Below are positions 1 through 11,015 of a stretch of DNA of 64,000 nucleotides, one piece after another (the stretch's first letter is position 1; each line of letters opens with the position of its first letter). The notes beneath the pieces are model-generated. The model did not search any database and was not told the DNA's origin. It saw only the letters and a list, made by a program, of their open reading frames with translations. The position numbers and the translations under genes are program-made. This stretch comes from Candidatus Binatia bacterium (lineage in GTDB: Bacteria > Desulfobacterota > Binatia > UBA9968 > CAXXLF01), in contig CAXXLF010000001.1 in assembly GCA_963664015.2 (NCBI GenBank), forward strand, positions 288,001-352,000. Direction: 5' to 3'.

Positions 1-2
1 TA

Positions 3-544
3 CCGGAACACTACCCGGTGACCCTTTGTGCTGTGAGGGCCGGTCTTCGGCTCGGGGAGCAGATCGACTTCCACAGCCGGTTCATCACGGTGAATTACAA
101 TTTCAGCCGGGAGGAATTCACCTCCCCAAGAGTAAGAAGAGCCGCCAGGTGGACAGGAGTGAGCAGCTGGCCTATGTCCTGCCGTCCCTGCTACGGAAGA
201 GAAAAGCCCATGCGCTCAAGAGCGGCACCGGGGAAGTCGGGGAGTTCGTATTCCACTCCCCTACCGGATCCCGGCTGGATGGGACCTCATTTGCCAAGAG
301 GGTCTTCCACAAGGCTCTTTCACTGGCAGAATTGAGACGGGTGCAGTTCCATTCGTTGCGTCACTTGTTTACCAGCTTGCTGCTCTCACGAGGTGCGGAC
401 TTGAACTACGTGAAGGGTCAGCTTAGGCATCATTCAATCACCCTCACGGTGGACACATACCGCCACAGGATGGATCAGAACGACAGGTCAGCCGTTGGCT
501 CACTGGATGATCCGGGTTGGCAGAGCGTGGTAGCAGAAAGGTAG
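3..544 (+). pseudogene. Tyrosine recombinase/phage integrase, C-terminal catalytic part, frameshifted (5' part lies outside the window)
   Basis: Frame of ORF 18 gives AVRAGLRLGE (catalytic Arg box) then IDFHSRFITV. After a frameshift near 125, the frame of ORF 26 gives PKSKKSRQV, FHSLRH (HxxR) and QLRHHSITLTVDTY (His/Tyr box). It points at the tRNA 3' end. Confidence 0.85.
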
Positions 545-600
545 CAAATGGTAGCAATCGACGGGTCAGAGGAGCAGACTTTGGAATATAAGTTGCTGAT
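529..600. promoter_or_regulatory. Putative integrase arm-type sites (3x GGTAGCA) and an IHF-like site next to the att/tRNA end
   Basis: GGTAGCA at 529, 540 and 550 (10-11 bp period). TAAGTTGCTGAT at 589-600 resembles the reverse-strand IHF consensus. Confidence 0.45.
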
Positions 601-605
601 CTGTA

Positions 606-682
606 TGGTGCGCCCGGAGGGATTCGAACCCCCAGCCTACAGATCCGTAGTCTGTCGCTCTATCCAATTGAGCTACGGGCGC
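606..682 (-). tRNA. tRNA-Arg(ACG)
   Basis: Reverse complement GCGCCCGTAGCTCAATTGGATAGAGC...ACAGA-CTACGGA-TCTGT...GGTTCGAATCC...CGGGCGCACCA; CCA encoded. Confidence 0.97.
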
Positions 683-959
683 TTAAACGGTTGTCGTAAA
701 AGGCGAGTCCAGGGCCAGCCAACCGAGAACCCAAAGTGATCCATTCTCACGAATGATGGTGGATTAATTACATTGACTCCCAGTCAACAAAAACACCGGA
801 TACCATATCACAGAGAATTGGGCTTTTCCACAAATGCCCAAATTGTCGGACCGGAGGATGAAACTAAATTTACAATACCGTCAAGATCCTCATCCGCACA
901 ATATAATCCCAGGGAGAAATCTCGAGTGTGGGGCGGCAGATACGGCCATGATGCGAATT

Positions 960-2105
960 TCAATCTCTCAGATTAGGCAGGGCCTCACGGGCAAATAGCT
1001 CCATGCTCTTTGTCGCCATATCCAACGGCATCGTAGCGAACGGAGCGTAAACCATCATAACCCCCGCACCCAATTGCTCTTGCTGGTAACGGATCTGACG
1101 GGTCACCGATTCCGGGTCACCGACGATGCACAATCCCTCCTTCAAAATATGGTCGAGGCTCATACTGCCGGCCTTAGCCAGGGTCTCTCCAAGAAACTGG
1201 GCGCCCGCCGACTTGCCTTTTTTGTAATCAAAGGATCGATCCGTTCGCGAGGCAGCCCGGTAGCGCTCGATCTGTTCGGGGTAGCTGCGGGCCACCGGGA
1301 TCTCTTCGAAAAACTGCCGTATATAAGGCTCAACCTCCTCCCGTGCCTGCTGGTCTTTGGGGGCCACGTAGAGCTGCCTGGAAAACATAATGTGTTCGGG
1401 GCCAGGGGTCCAACCGCATTCCTTCTGGGCATAACTTCGATAGTAGTCGAAGTTCTCCGCCATTGACGCGGTGGGGGCAAAGGAAGCGGCGACGGGAATG
1501 CGCTTTTTTGCGCACCATTCAATGCTTTCCGCCGTGGCGCCTGCCATGATGATCGGAGGGTGGGGCTGCTGCACCGGCCGCGGCATGATCGAGATGTTTT
1601 CGTACTGGAAGTGTTTTCCATTCCAGGCGAAGGGTTCGGGAGCGGTCCAGGCCTCAATAATCAATTCCCAGGCCTCCTCAAAGCGTTCTCGGGCCTGGCT
1701 GGCATCAATGTTGTAAGCGTACCACTCAAGAAAGCCCCCGCGGAGAAACCCGGAAACGATCCGCCCACGCGACAGCACGTCCAGCATGGCCAGCTCTTCG
1801 GCTAGCCGTACCGGGTGGGCGTGCAGTGGAACGCAGTTACCCAATAGAACTAGCTTGACGTTACTGGTCTGAACCGCAACCGCCGCCGCCATGACATTGG
1901 GCGAAGGGGTACCGTGGGTTGTATAGTGGTGCTCCGTGAGACACACGCCGTCGAAGCCGAGTTCGTCGGCCCGCTTTAGGTATTCCAGGTGGCCGTGGTA
2001 CTGCTGGATCCCGACCTCTGGGTCCCAAAGTCTTCCTGGATAGGGATAGAGCATACGGTTACCAGGTTTGGGCCAAAACACCTGATCAAACAGCCATACT
2101 TTCAT
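960..2105 (-). CDS. LLM-class (luciferase-like) flavin-dependent oxidoreductase
   Basis: ADELGFDGVCLTEHH, HPVRLAEELAMLDVLSRGR, PRPVQQPHPP motifs; upstream GAAGGGGAG RBS. Confidence 0.92.
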   Translation of the reverse strand: MKVWLFDQVFWPKPGNRMLYPYPGRLWDPEVGIQQYHGHLEYLKRADELGFDGVCLTEHHYTTHGTPSPNVMAAAVAVQTSNVKLVLLGNCVPLHAHPVRLAEELAMLDVLSRGRIVSGFLRGGFLEWYAYNIDASQARERFEEAWELIIEAWTAPEPFAWNGKHFQYENISIMPRPVQQPHPPIIMAGATAESIEWCAKKRIPVAASFAPTASMAENFDYYRSYAQKECGWTPGPEHIMFSRQLYVAPKDQQAREEVEPYIRQFFEEIPVARSYPEQIERYRAASRTDRSFDYKKGKSAGAQFLGETLAKAGSMSLDHILKEGLCIVGDPESVTRQIRYQQEQLGAGVMMVYAPFATMPLDMATKSMELFAREALPNLRD

Positions 2106-2396
2106 ATATCTCCCCTTCAGAAACGTTTCTCAATGGCACCATTTTTGACAATCAAAAAGGACCCTTAACCAGTGTGGCCTACAATGCTCAAACACTACCC
2201 GACAACCCACAGTCAAGTCAAGATTACCTACCCGGTCCGACCGCACCACCGACGATTGACACGGTCTCCCTGTCTGGAATAGTCTTTCTAAAAGCCGAGA
2301 ATCGTTCCTTAGCAGGCCCCATGCTTCGAGTACTAGGGGTTGGTCTCCCATTAGGTAGGAGCGATCAGATATCAGGAGAATCCAGGAGAACCATAG

Positions 2397-3116
2397 ATGC
2401 CCGGTTGGAAGGCGCGTATAGAAATTCTTTCACCTTCGGTCTTTGAAATACCATCGGACTGGAGCCTGATCCTACCCCAAGGTTTTTCCCTTGTTGCTAC
2501 CGGACTCAACGTTCAGGCTCACACTTCTCAAGAATTCAATAAGGCCATCGAGGCCCTAGAATCCACACTCTCTGTATTCGTTGCTGAAGAAGTCGATGCC
2601 ATTGTCATAGGGGGGATTACGCTGGCGACCCAACGTGGCTATCGAACAGAGCAGGAGGTGATATCCGCCCTATCTAAACAACTCGGTCGCCCGGTCACCA
2701 CGGGAATGCAGGCGAGCGTTCAGGCCCTCCAGCACTTGAAGCTAGAGAAGATCGTCATTGCCACGGCCTACAAAGAATCCATCAATCAGGCCGTGAAGCA
2801 GTACTATCAGGACGGCGGCTTGGATGTCGTGGGAATCCGAGGCCATGACGTGTCCAAACCTGTGGAACAGGTCCAACTACCAGAGGGGGCCTCTGCTAGA
2901 GCAGGACAAAATCTTTTTGAGGAACATTCGGATGCGGACGCAGTTCTACTTCAGAGCAGATGGCCCTCGGCGGCATATGCAGAACGGCTCGAAAGAGAGC
3001 TCCGCAGACCGGTTGTGACAACGGTGACCGCGTCTCTCTGGTGGGTACTTCAAGCATTGGCAATTAAAGAACCCGTCCATACCTATGGGCTGCTTCTGCG
3101 CCAGGAAGAATCCTGA
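2397..3116 (+). CDS. Maleate cis-trans isomerase / Asp-Glu racemase superfamily protein, lacking cysteine
   Basis: VDAIVIGG, PVTT...ALQHLKLEKIVIATAY and LERELRRPVVT...LWWVL match the family; AGGAG RBS. Confidence 0.75.
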   Translation: MPGWKARIEILSPSVFEIPSDWSLILPQGFSLVATGLNVQAHTSQEFNKAIEALESTLSVFVAEEVDAIVIGGITLATQRGYRTEQEVISALSKQLGRPVTTGMQASVQALQHLKLEKIVIATAYKESINQAVKQYYQDGGLDVVGIRGHDVSKPVEQVQLPEGASARAGQNLFEEHSDADAVLLQSRWPSAAYAERLERELRRPVVTTVTASLWWVLQALAIKEPVHTYGLLLRQEES

Positions 3117-3152
3117 ATGATGCTTCTCTAGTATTCCCACCGCAGCGCCCAT

Positions 3153-4007
3153 TCAATCAAAAACAACCGCCTTGCTCCCGTAGGGTAATACGCGCCGTTC
3201 CAAGTTGAGACGAACGACCCTTGCCAAGACCATGCGTTCCAAGTCACGCCCCTTTCGAACCAAGTCCGCCACTGTATCGCGATGGGTCACGCGACTTACA
3301 TCCTGATCGATGATCGGAGCATCATCGACCATCGCAGTCACATAATGCCTCGTTGCCCCCACAAGCTTGACACCGCAATGGACTGCCTGGGCATACGGGT
3401 TCGCACCAGCAAATGCAGGGAGGAAAGAGTGAAGGATTTTAATAATTCGGTTGGGATAACGTTAAACAAAATCCTTTGATAGGATTTGCATATAGCGGGC
3501 TAGGATAACCAGATCCACTCGCAGGGAATCCAGCAATTCCAGTTCCCTTTTTTCTTGTCCACGCTTGCTCTTAGGCGTTACGGGGAACAGGTGGTACGGA
3601 ATTCCATCGCGCGTTGCGATTGGGCGCAACGACTCATGATTGCTCACGATCGCAACCAATTCGGCGCGAAGCTCCCCAATCCCGTTCCGGGACAAAAGAT
3701 CCGTAATGCAATGATCCAGGTTGGAAACAAAGATTGCGATTCGTGGCCGCTCATCAGAAAAACGCAATTCCAATTCCATCCCCACATCATTCGCCAAGGG
3801 CTGAGATGCACGTCTCAGCTCCGTATCATAAAGATCTGAAGATTCCAGATTCCACTCAACCCTTGAGAAAAATTGACCCGTTTGAGAATCAATGTGCTGG
3901 TCCGCATGGAGGATGTTCCCGTTGTGCCGATATACAAGCTCCGAAATTCGATAGACGAGCCCATTTTGCTCAAGGCAGGTCATGAGAAGAGTAACGGTTC
4001 TTCTCAT
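3153..4007 (-). pseudogene. purU: Formyltetrahydrofolate deformylase pseudogene
   Basis: ACT domain plus DLVILARYMQILS. An in-frame TAA at 3462-3464 is followed in frame by [23 protein letters not shown]...GATRHYVT...PIIDQDV. The NIHHS motif has decayed to KILHS. Confidence 0.9.
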
Positions 4008-4107
4008 ATGTCACCTCAGCATTGAAATTCCAAACCTTTATCTAGTCACGGTGCGAATGCCATGTATGGGGAAGCTGGATTTCCGGTCACTGGAGGCGAA
4101 AGAAAGT

Positions 4108-4199
4108 TGGCGGAGAGAGAGGGATTCGAACCCTCGGTACCCCGTAAAGGGTACACACGCTTAGCAGGCGCGCGCCTTCGACCACTCGGCCATCTCTCC
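4108..4199 (-). tRNA. tRNA-Ser(GCT)
   Basis: Reverse complement GGAGAGATGGCCGAGTGGTCGAAGGC...CGCGC-CTGCTAA-GCGTG, long variable arm, GGTTCGAATCC, ...TCTCTCCGCCA. Confidence 0.97.
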
Positions 4200-4375
4200 G
4201 TTGGGCGATGTTTTGAAAAATAATATTTCCTTAAACCTAGCATAGGGAGCCCTGAATTTCTACAAAAGCATTGTCCTTGTTCTGGCAGATAGCAAAAGGT
4301 GCTGCTAGCAACTCACTTTCCCACTTCTATCCCCAAATTTATCCCGACCCATCTCCACATGGGCTAGGTTAGATT

Positions 4376-5260
4376 CTATCTGCCCCGGTACCGTTCGACG
4401 GCTGGGTTGACCCCAATCTTTCGCCCCTTTTCCCAAAGGTAAAAACCTTTAAGGCTCTTCACTCCAAAGAATCCGGCTGCTACGAGCTTGCAGAGAAGGT
4501 CCGGGGCGTTATAGGAGGGACCCAATTCCCGCTCTAAAACCGCAGCAATAGCCAGGGCTGTGTCTAGGCCAACAAAGTCCAGGGTGGTGATCAGCCCCAT
4601 CTTGTGCCCCAGGCATCGGGTCGTCTTGTCGGCATCTTCGCAGCTCATAATCCCTTCTTCAACCACCTTGACCGCCTCCATTAGAAAGGGAACAAACATA
4701 CGGTTGATTCCAAAACCCGCCCGGTCCTCGGCCAGGATCGGCTCTTTACCTAACTCACGACAAAAAGCAGTGATCCTCTGAAAGGTTTCCTCGCAGGTCA
4801 ACAAGGCACGAATTAACTCGCACCCGGGTTGCACGGGAACCGGATTCATAAAATGCATTCCCATGAATTTCTCCGGCCATGGACTGGCGCTGGCCAGCCG
4901 AGTGATCGAGATGGATGATGTATTACTTGCAAACAGTCCTTGATAACCGATCTGTGGCAACCTGGAGATCGTCTCTTTTTCCGCTTCTTCGTTCTCAATC
5001 ATCGCCTCGATCACGATATCGCGCTCTAGCAGCATCCCCAATTCGGTAGTGCCGTGAACCCGTTTCATCACAGATTCCTTTTCTTTGAAGCGCCTCAAGC
5101 CATCTTCTATACGCCGGATTCCCTCCTTGAGCTGCTCCTGGGCGACTTCGAGAGCCACCACCTCAAACCCACTGGAATCGGCGATTTACGCGATACCGCT
5201 ACCCATAAGACCCAATCCGATTACACCGACTTTATGAATTCCCGAGTTTGCACTACTCAA
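4376..5260 (-). pseudogene. 3-hydroxyacyl(butyryl)-CoA dehydrogenase with a nonsense codon in the Rossmann motif region
   Basis: TTG start at 5260 after AAAGGGG reads KVGVIGLGLMGSGIA*IADSSG (TAA at 5186-5188 where Gln is expected); downstream ASNTSSISIT and GMHFMNPVP. Confidence 0.88.
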
Positions 5261-5879
5261 GATTTTCCCCTTTCAGTTCACCTGCCACCCCTACCCCACA
5301 GACTAGGCGGCCCCTCCATCCCTTAGGAAATCGAAGCCCGAAAAATGCACCTAGTAGAAAAGATTATACCGCACAGGAGAGAACAAATAGAAGCCTCCAC
5401 CGGCTTACGCCAGTGGTATCCTTCCTTTATGAGAGGTGGTTCCGTTCGGGTCGTATTTCAGGGATAAGAAGTCCCAAAGGGCAAGGCGGTGGCTTCCTTA
5501 CTATTTTTGGGTGGACAAGCTTTCCTGCACCTGACACCCGCTCTGCAGCCGTAGAGCCAGACGCTTCTCTTTTAGCCCAATTTGCCCAATCATGCAGGAG
5601 AAGGGTTATGCCAAGAACTGAGACTCAATCCGACAAAGGGGAGGCCCTATGACGATATTATATGTCAAAAGGGCGTGGATATGGCCAGTGTTCAACCAGG
5701 CCATCCACAGGACTATAGACCTTGGGGGGTAGGAAAGATTCAATTCGGGAGCCGTGTTAATCGACCCGAAAAAAGGTGATAACTTGCAGAGCCATCGTCT
5801 CCTTTATGGGAGCTACGAACCACATACCAGTCCTGACCATTGGTAACCTCGATATATTCAACCCTAGCAAAGTCCATAG

Positions 5880-6524
5880 GCGGGTTGTCCAGAAGGCATC
5901 CATCACCAATTAACGGACAAGGACGGCGATCCCTACGGCCCCCATCTGGGCTGGCTGGGGAGCTATCTTGCCGTGGAATCGAGCCAGAAAATAAACACGG
6001 GCATTACGGAAGAGGTATACGAGTCGCTCAAACAAACGGTTGCTCACATCGGCTTCAAAGCCAATAACTATGCCCAGTTCCAAAGAACCGGTTCCGTTGA
6101 GAACCTCATCCACTATGCGGTGCGCATATTGTTCTCTCAGAGCTTATGGATCAGCGGTTTTCTATACCTGGGACTGGGGAACTGGATCGTAGTCTGGTAT
6201 GCGAGCATCTTCGCGGCAAGCTTCTTGATTCGGAATTTCAACTGCCACGGACATGGCGGTTGGTTTCGTCGAAAGAAAAAGCCGGGATGGGAGTTCGATA
6301 CTGGCAGCCATGCCCTCAACCAGCGCTTATACGGTTATCTAGCTTCCGAATGGCACGATAACCACCACAGGTACCAGACTTCGGCCAATAACGGCTTCCT
6401 GCCCGGACAAATCGATGTCACATTCGAGCTTATCAAGCAATTGTGGAAGATTGGGATAATCGCCTCGTATATAGACGCTCTACCCATTTTCCAAAAGGAA
6501 ACCACTGCATCACTCCAACTCTAG
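5880..6524 (+). pseudogene. Membrane fatty acid desaturase (delta-9 like), C-terminal remnant
   Basis: In-frame IHHQLTDKDGDPYGP, NCHGHGG and EWHDNHH His boxes. The frame is closed upstream by TAG at 5877 and the first His box is missing. Confidence 0.7.
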
Positions 6525-6545
6525 TCTCCCCTCCCTACACCTCTT

Positions 6546-8261
6546 TCACCGTTGACTGCCTGCGCTCTGACCCTGCTGCTGTGCCTTTTCGATTTTAGCC
6601 CAGGTATCCCTTAACGCCACGATTCGGTTAAAAACCGAGACCCCTTCGAGGGAATCGACCGAATCCACACAGAAGTATCCAAGACGCTCGAATTGGAAGC
6701 GCTCACCGGATTTAGCATCCGCGAGAAACGGTTCTGCGGGGCAGGCGGTCAGCGATTCCAGGGAATTAGGGTTCAACTGTTCTTTCCAGTCAGTTCCTTC
6801 GGGCACGTTCTCCGGATTGGGTATTGAAAAGAGGTGATCATAAAGACGTAGCTCCACCCTTGCGGCATGGGGAGCCGAGACCCAGTGGATAGTGCCTTTA
6901 ACTTTACGCCCGCTGCTTTTCGACCCGCTTTTTGTCTCGGGATCGAAGGTGCAGTGCACAGCTATCACCTCACCGGTCTTGGGATCCTTATCCACATCAA
7001 CGCATTTGACGATATAGGCATAACGCAAACGCACTTCCCGCCCGGGTGAAAGCCGGAAGAACTGCCTGGGAGGGTCCTCGCGAAAATCATCCTGTTCAAT
7101 GAAGAGTTCACGGGAGAAGGGAACCTTGCGCACCCCCATGGAAGGGTCCTCCGGGTTGTTCACGGCCTCCAGTTCTTCGACCTGTCCTTCCGGATAGTTG
7201 TCAAGGATCACCCGAAGAGGACGTGCGACACCCATCACCCGCGGCGCCGTTTGATTCAATTCTTCGCGAACGCAGTGTTCGAGAAAGGAAATATCGACCG
7301 TGCTGTTCTTTTTGGCCACGCCGATGCGCTCGCAAAAACTTCGTATGGACCCGGGCGTGTAGCCACGACGCCTCAGACCTGCGAGACTAGGCATCCGCGG
7401 ATCGTCCCAACCCATCACATGTTTTTCTTCCACAAGCTGCAACAGCTTGCGTTTGCTCATGATCGTGTAGTTCAGGTTGAGACGTGCGAACTCGATCTGC
7501 TGTGGATGATGAATCTTCAGTTGTTCCAGGAACCAGTTGTACAGAGGTCGGTGATCCTCGAACTCGAGGGTACAGATCGAGTGCGTAATTCCTTCAATGG
7601 AATCCGACTGCCCATGGGCAAAATCATAGGTCGGGTAGATGCACCACTGATCGCCGGTCCGGTGATGGGTGGCACGAAGAATCCGGTACATGACGGGATC
7701 GCGCATATTGAGGTTTGGAGAGGCCATGTCGATCTTTGCCCGCAAGGTACGTGAAGCGTCGGTAAATTCCCCCTCTCGCATGCGTTTAAAAAGATCCAGG
7801 TTCTCCTCTATGGAGCGCCCCCGGTAGGGACTCTCTTTCCCAGGTTCGGTCAGCGTACCTCGGTACTCACGGGTTTCGTCGGGGCTCAAGTCGCAGACAA
7901 AGGCCATGTGCCCCTGAATCAACTTCACAGCAAACTGAGCCAGCTGCTCAAAGTAGTCCGATGCGTAATACTCCCTGTCGCCCCAATCGAAACCAAGCCA
8001 ACGAACGTCCTCCTTGATCGATTCCACATACTCAACGCCCTCTTTGCTGGGATTGGTGTCATCGAGACGAAGGTTACAGCGGCCCTTGAATTCGGCAGCA
8101 AGACCAAAGTTGAGACAGATGGCCTTTGCATGTCCAATATGCAGGTAGCCGTTGGGCTCCGGCGGGAATCGGGTATGGACACGACCCTCGTTGCTCTTGT
8201 TATTCAAGTCGTCAAGAATAATATTACGAATGAAGTGGGACGGGGTTTCGGGCTTGCTCAT
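6546..8261 (-). CDS. glnS: Glutamine--tRNA ligase
   Basis: [38 protein letters not shown]. Confidence 0.98.
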   Translation of the reverse strand: MSKPETPSHFIRNIILDDLNNKSNEGRVHTRFPPEPNGYLHIGHAKAICLNFGLAAEFKGRCNLRLDDTNPSKEGVEYVESIKEDVRWLGFDWGDREYYASDYFEQLAQFAVKLIQGHMAFVCDLSPDETREYRGTLTEPGKESPYRGRSIEENLDLFKRMREGEFTDASRTLRAKIDMASPNLNMRDPVMYRILRATHHRTGDQWCIYPTYDFAHGQSDSIEGITHSICTLEFEDHRPLYNWFLEQLKIHHPQQIEFARLNLNYTIMSKRKLLQLVEEKHVMGWDDPRMPSLAGLRRRGYTPGSIRSFCERIGVAKKNSTVDISFLEHCVREELNQTAPRVMGVARPLRVILDNYPEGQVEELEAVNNPEDPSMGVRKVPFSRELFIEQDDFREDPPRQFFRLSPGREVRLRYAYIVKCVDVDKDPKTGEVIAVHCTFDPETKSGSKSSGRKVKGTIHWVSAPHAARVELRLYDHLFSIPNPENVPEGTDWKEQLNPNSLESLTACPAEPFLADAKSGERFQFERLGYFCVDSVDSLEGVSVFNRIVALRDTWAKIEKAQQQGQSAGSQR

Positions 8262-8412
8262 CTCTGGGTGGCCTTCCGACTACGGAATTTTTCGTATTTT
8301 AGCATAACTCGCGGCGATTTCTTAGCACCAGGGGGCACGCCCCCCAGGTGCTGGGCGAGGGCCCGAGTATCCGTCGTTGACTGTATCCCCAGGTTCCTGT
8401 TACTTTTTACTG

Positions 8413-9837
8413 ATGCCCCCAGTATGCACTCGATTCGCCCCCAGTCCCACGGGGTTCCTCCATATAGGGAACGCCAGGACTGCCCTGTTCGCCTATCTAT
8501 TCGCGCGCCAGCAGAACGGCCGTTTCCTTCTCCGCATCGATGACACCGACAGACAGCGATTCAGCCAGGAATTTCTCGACAACATCTTTACTTCACTGAA
8601 ATGGCTCCATCTGGAGTGGGACGGTGACCCGGCCTATCAGAGCGAGAAGCTTTCTATCTACCGGGACAAAATCGAAGGACTGCTCCAGGCTGGCAAGGCC
8701 TATCGATGCATCTGCACGCCTGAAGTGCTTGATGCCAAGCGCAAAGCAGCCATGACGGCAGGTAAGAAATTCATTTACGACTGGACCTGCCGAAACACCC
8801 CCCCGGATATCAAGGACGGAACGCCTTTTACGATCCGGTTCAAGGCACCCAGCGAAGGTGAAACCGCCATTGAGGATCTCATCAAAGGGCGGATCGTGTT
8901 TCAGAATCAAGAGCTCGACGACCTGATAATCCTGCGCTCAGACAGCATGCCCACCTATAATTTTTGCTCCGTAGTGGATGATGCCTCCATGGGGATCACC
9001 CATATCGTTCGCGGAGATGATCACCTCAGCAATACGCCCCGCCAGGTCCTCCTCTTTCAAGCGCTGGGCTCCTCGCTACCAGTCTTCGCCCACCTCCCGC
9101 TCATCTTCGGTTCCGACCGTACCCCTCTGAGCAAACGACACGGCGCTACGTCGGTTCGGAGCTACAGGGAGATGGGATATCTACCGGAAGCATTGGTCAA
9201 TTTTCTTGTACGCCTGGGTTGGTCTTCCGGAGACCGTGAGATATTTTCCATGCAGGAACTCATCTTCGAGTTCCGCCTCGAAGAGGTAGGGAAATCGCCT
9301 GGTGTCTTCAACGCCGAAAAACTTTTATGGCTCGACACCCACTACCTCAAGGAGCACTCGCCAGCTCAACTGGCGGAGGAGGTTCGACCCTTCATCGAGC
9401 AAAAGGGTTACCACTTGAATAACGACCCGCAATGGTTGGAGAAGATGGTTGTAACCCTGCAGCCACGTGCCAAGACTCTGGTGGAATTAGTTGAATCGGC
9501 TCACTTCTATTTGAGCGATGAGATCACCATCGACCCCAAGGCGAAAGCCAAGTTTCTCACACCCAAAGTTGAACCCATATTGAGTCAATTACAGCAACGC
9601 CTGGCGCATCTTGCCAATTGGAAACTGACGGATATCCAAGAGGCCTTTGAGACCGTTATGCGCGAACACCAGTTGGGTCTCGGCAAGATTGCCCAGCCTG
9701 TGCGGGTGGCGCTCACCGGGGGTACTGCAAGTCCTGGAATCTTTGAGGTTGTCGAGGTGCTGGGACGGGAACGGACTCTATCGCGGCTGGATCACGCTCT
9801 CACCCTCGCAGGTGAGGAACACCCCGGCAATTCTTGA
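8413..9837 (+). CDS. gltX: Glutamate--tRNA ligase
   Basis: TRFAPSPTGFLHIGNAR, RGDDHLSNT, LSKRHGA; likely ATG at 8413. Confidence 0.98.
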   Translation: MPPVCTRFAPSPTGFLHIGNARTALFAYLFARQQNGRFLLRIDDTDRQRFSQEFLDNIFTSLKWLHLEWDGDPAYQSEKLSIYRDKIEGLLQAGKAYRCICTPEVLDAKRKAAMTAGKKFIYDWTCRNTPPDIKDGTPFTIRFKAPSEGETAIEDLIKGRIVFQNQELDDLIILRSDSMPTYNFCSVVDDASMGITHIVRGDDHLSNTPRQVLLFQALGSSLPVFAHLPLIFGSDRTPLSKRHGATSVRSYREMGYLPEALVNFLVRLGWSSGDREIFSMQELIFEFRLEEVGKSPGVFNAEKLLWLDTHYLKEHSPAQLAEEVRPFIEQKGYHLNNDPQWLEKMVVTLQPRAKTLVELVESAHFYLSDEITIDPKAKAKFLTPKVEPILSQLQQRLAHLANWKLTDIQEAFETVMREHQLGLGKIAQPVRVALTGGTASPGIFEVVEVLGRERTLSRLDHALTLAGEEHPGNS

Positions 9838-9862
9838 CTTAGGGCCACCATTTCTTTAAGGT
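9834..9862 (+). promoter_or_regulatory. Sigma70-type promoter for the tRNA-Gln/tRNA-Glu pair
   Basis: TTGACT-17 bp-TAAGGT, ending 11 bp before tRNA-Gln; the -35 box overlaps the gltX stop codon. Confidence 0.6.
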
Positions 9863-9873
9863 AAAAACTTCGA

Positions 9874-9949
9874 TGAGGAGTCGGCTAATTGGTAAGCCAC
9901 CTGACTCTGGATCAGGCGATTGTAGGTTCGAGTCCTACCTCCTCAGCCA
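9874..9949 (+). tRNA. tRNA-Gln(CTG)
   Basis: TGAGGAG acceptor stem, CCTGA-CTCTGGA-TCAGG anticodon arm, GGTTCGAGTCC, CCA end. Confidence 0.97.
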
Positions 9950-9950
9950 T

Positions 9951-10025
9951 GGTCCCATCGTCTAGCGGTTAGGACACCGGCCTCTCACGTCGGTAACACG
10001 GGTTCGATTCCCGTTGGGACCACCA
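9951..10025 (+). tRNA. tRNA-Glu(CTC)
   Basis: GGTCCCA acceptor stem, CCGGC-CTCTCAC-GTCGG anticodon arm, GGTTCGATTCC, CCA end. Confidence 0.97.
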
Positions 10026-10079
10026 TTCTGCCTTTTTCACCCTCAGCTATGAAAAGAATCTGAAGTCCGATTCAGCCAG

Positions 10080-11015
10080 TCAGAGGTTTAGCAAACGACA
10101 AGAGTTTTGTTCGGTCAGGGATTTGATCTTGACTGGATCGGGCTGCTCTTCGATCACCGGCATGGCTTTTTTCAGCGGGCCCAGCCCACCGCAATAATCC
10201 GACCCAAAAACGATTCGTTCCTGACCCAGGGTATCCATGAGGAATTGGAGAGTTCTCGCGTTCACACTGGCCGTATCGATCAAAAAATGCTCTAGCAAGA
10301 TCTCTGAATAAGGCTGCTCTCCCCGCGGGCCCTTATGCTTCCAGAAGAGTTTTTTCAACAAAAGAGGGATTCCTCCCCCACCGCTCCTGATCACGACACG
10401 CAAATTGGGATAGCGGTCAAAAACACCACTGGCAATCATGCGAACAACACACTCGGACACACTGGCGTCCGCCAGTGCGCTGGCGCTCACCCCAGCACCT
10501 TTGTCTTCCAAACTCTCGAGCGTTGGGTCTTTCCGGCCCCCTCCACCGTGAAGAAAAATTGGCAGGTTCAACTCGGCGATTTTGGCCAGTAGTGAGTCGG
10601 TTTCAGGACAATCCACCACCACGTCGCCGTCTACACTGGCGTACATCATGACCGCTCGAAACCCACGACGTGCCATCCGTTGAATCTCTTCCACGGATCC
10701 TTCGACATGCTTAAGGGTTACGGCCGTGGCTCCCATCAGCCGATTGGGATACGGAGCCAGGCGCTCGGCAATGAGATCATTGGACTGGCGTACCAACTCC
10801 ATTGCTTGGTCGGGCGGCAGGGAATCAGCGTTGATCCCAGCGCCCTGGCAGACGAGTTGGAGGTCCAATCCCGCCTCGTCCATCTCTGTTACTCTTTTTG
10901 AAAATTCAGGCGAGTCGTACGCATCGATACGAGGCGTACGACCCGTGAGGTGAAAAATTTTTTCTACGATTTCAACCGGGGTATGATGGGAATGCCAGTC
11001 AATCAGTAATGCCAC
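10080..11015 (-). CDS. Amidohydrolase_2 family protein (ACMSD/LigW-like decarboxylase or hydratase)
   Basis: IDWHSHH, NDLIAE, LPIFLH, GVFDRYPNLRVV, RIVFGSDY. Confidence 0.85.
   Translation of the reverse strand: MALLIDWHSHHTPVEIVEKIFHLTGRTPRIDAYDSPEFSKRVTEMDEAGLDLQLVCQGAGINADSLPPDQAMELVRQSNDLIAERLAPYPNRLMGATAVTLKHVEGSVEEIQRMARRGFRAVMMYASVDGDVVVDCPETDSLLAKIAELNLPIFLHGGGGRKDPTLESLEDKGAGVSASALADASVSECVVRMIASGVFDRYPNLRVVIRSGGGGIPLLLKKLFWKHKGPRGEQPYSEILLEHFLIDTASVNARTLQFLMDTLGQERIVFGSDYCGGLGPLKKAMPVIEEQPDPVKIKSLTEQNSCRLLNL

Noticed and set aside
548-739. Short ORFs 548..739, 3982..4164 and 4046..4243
   Set aside because: They are translations across tRNA genes.
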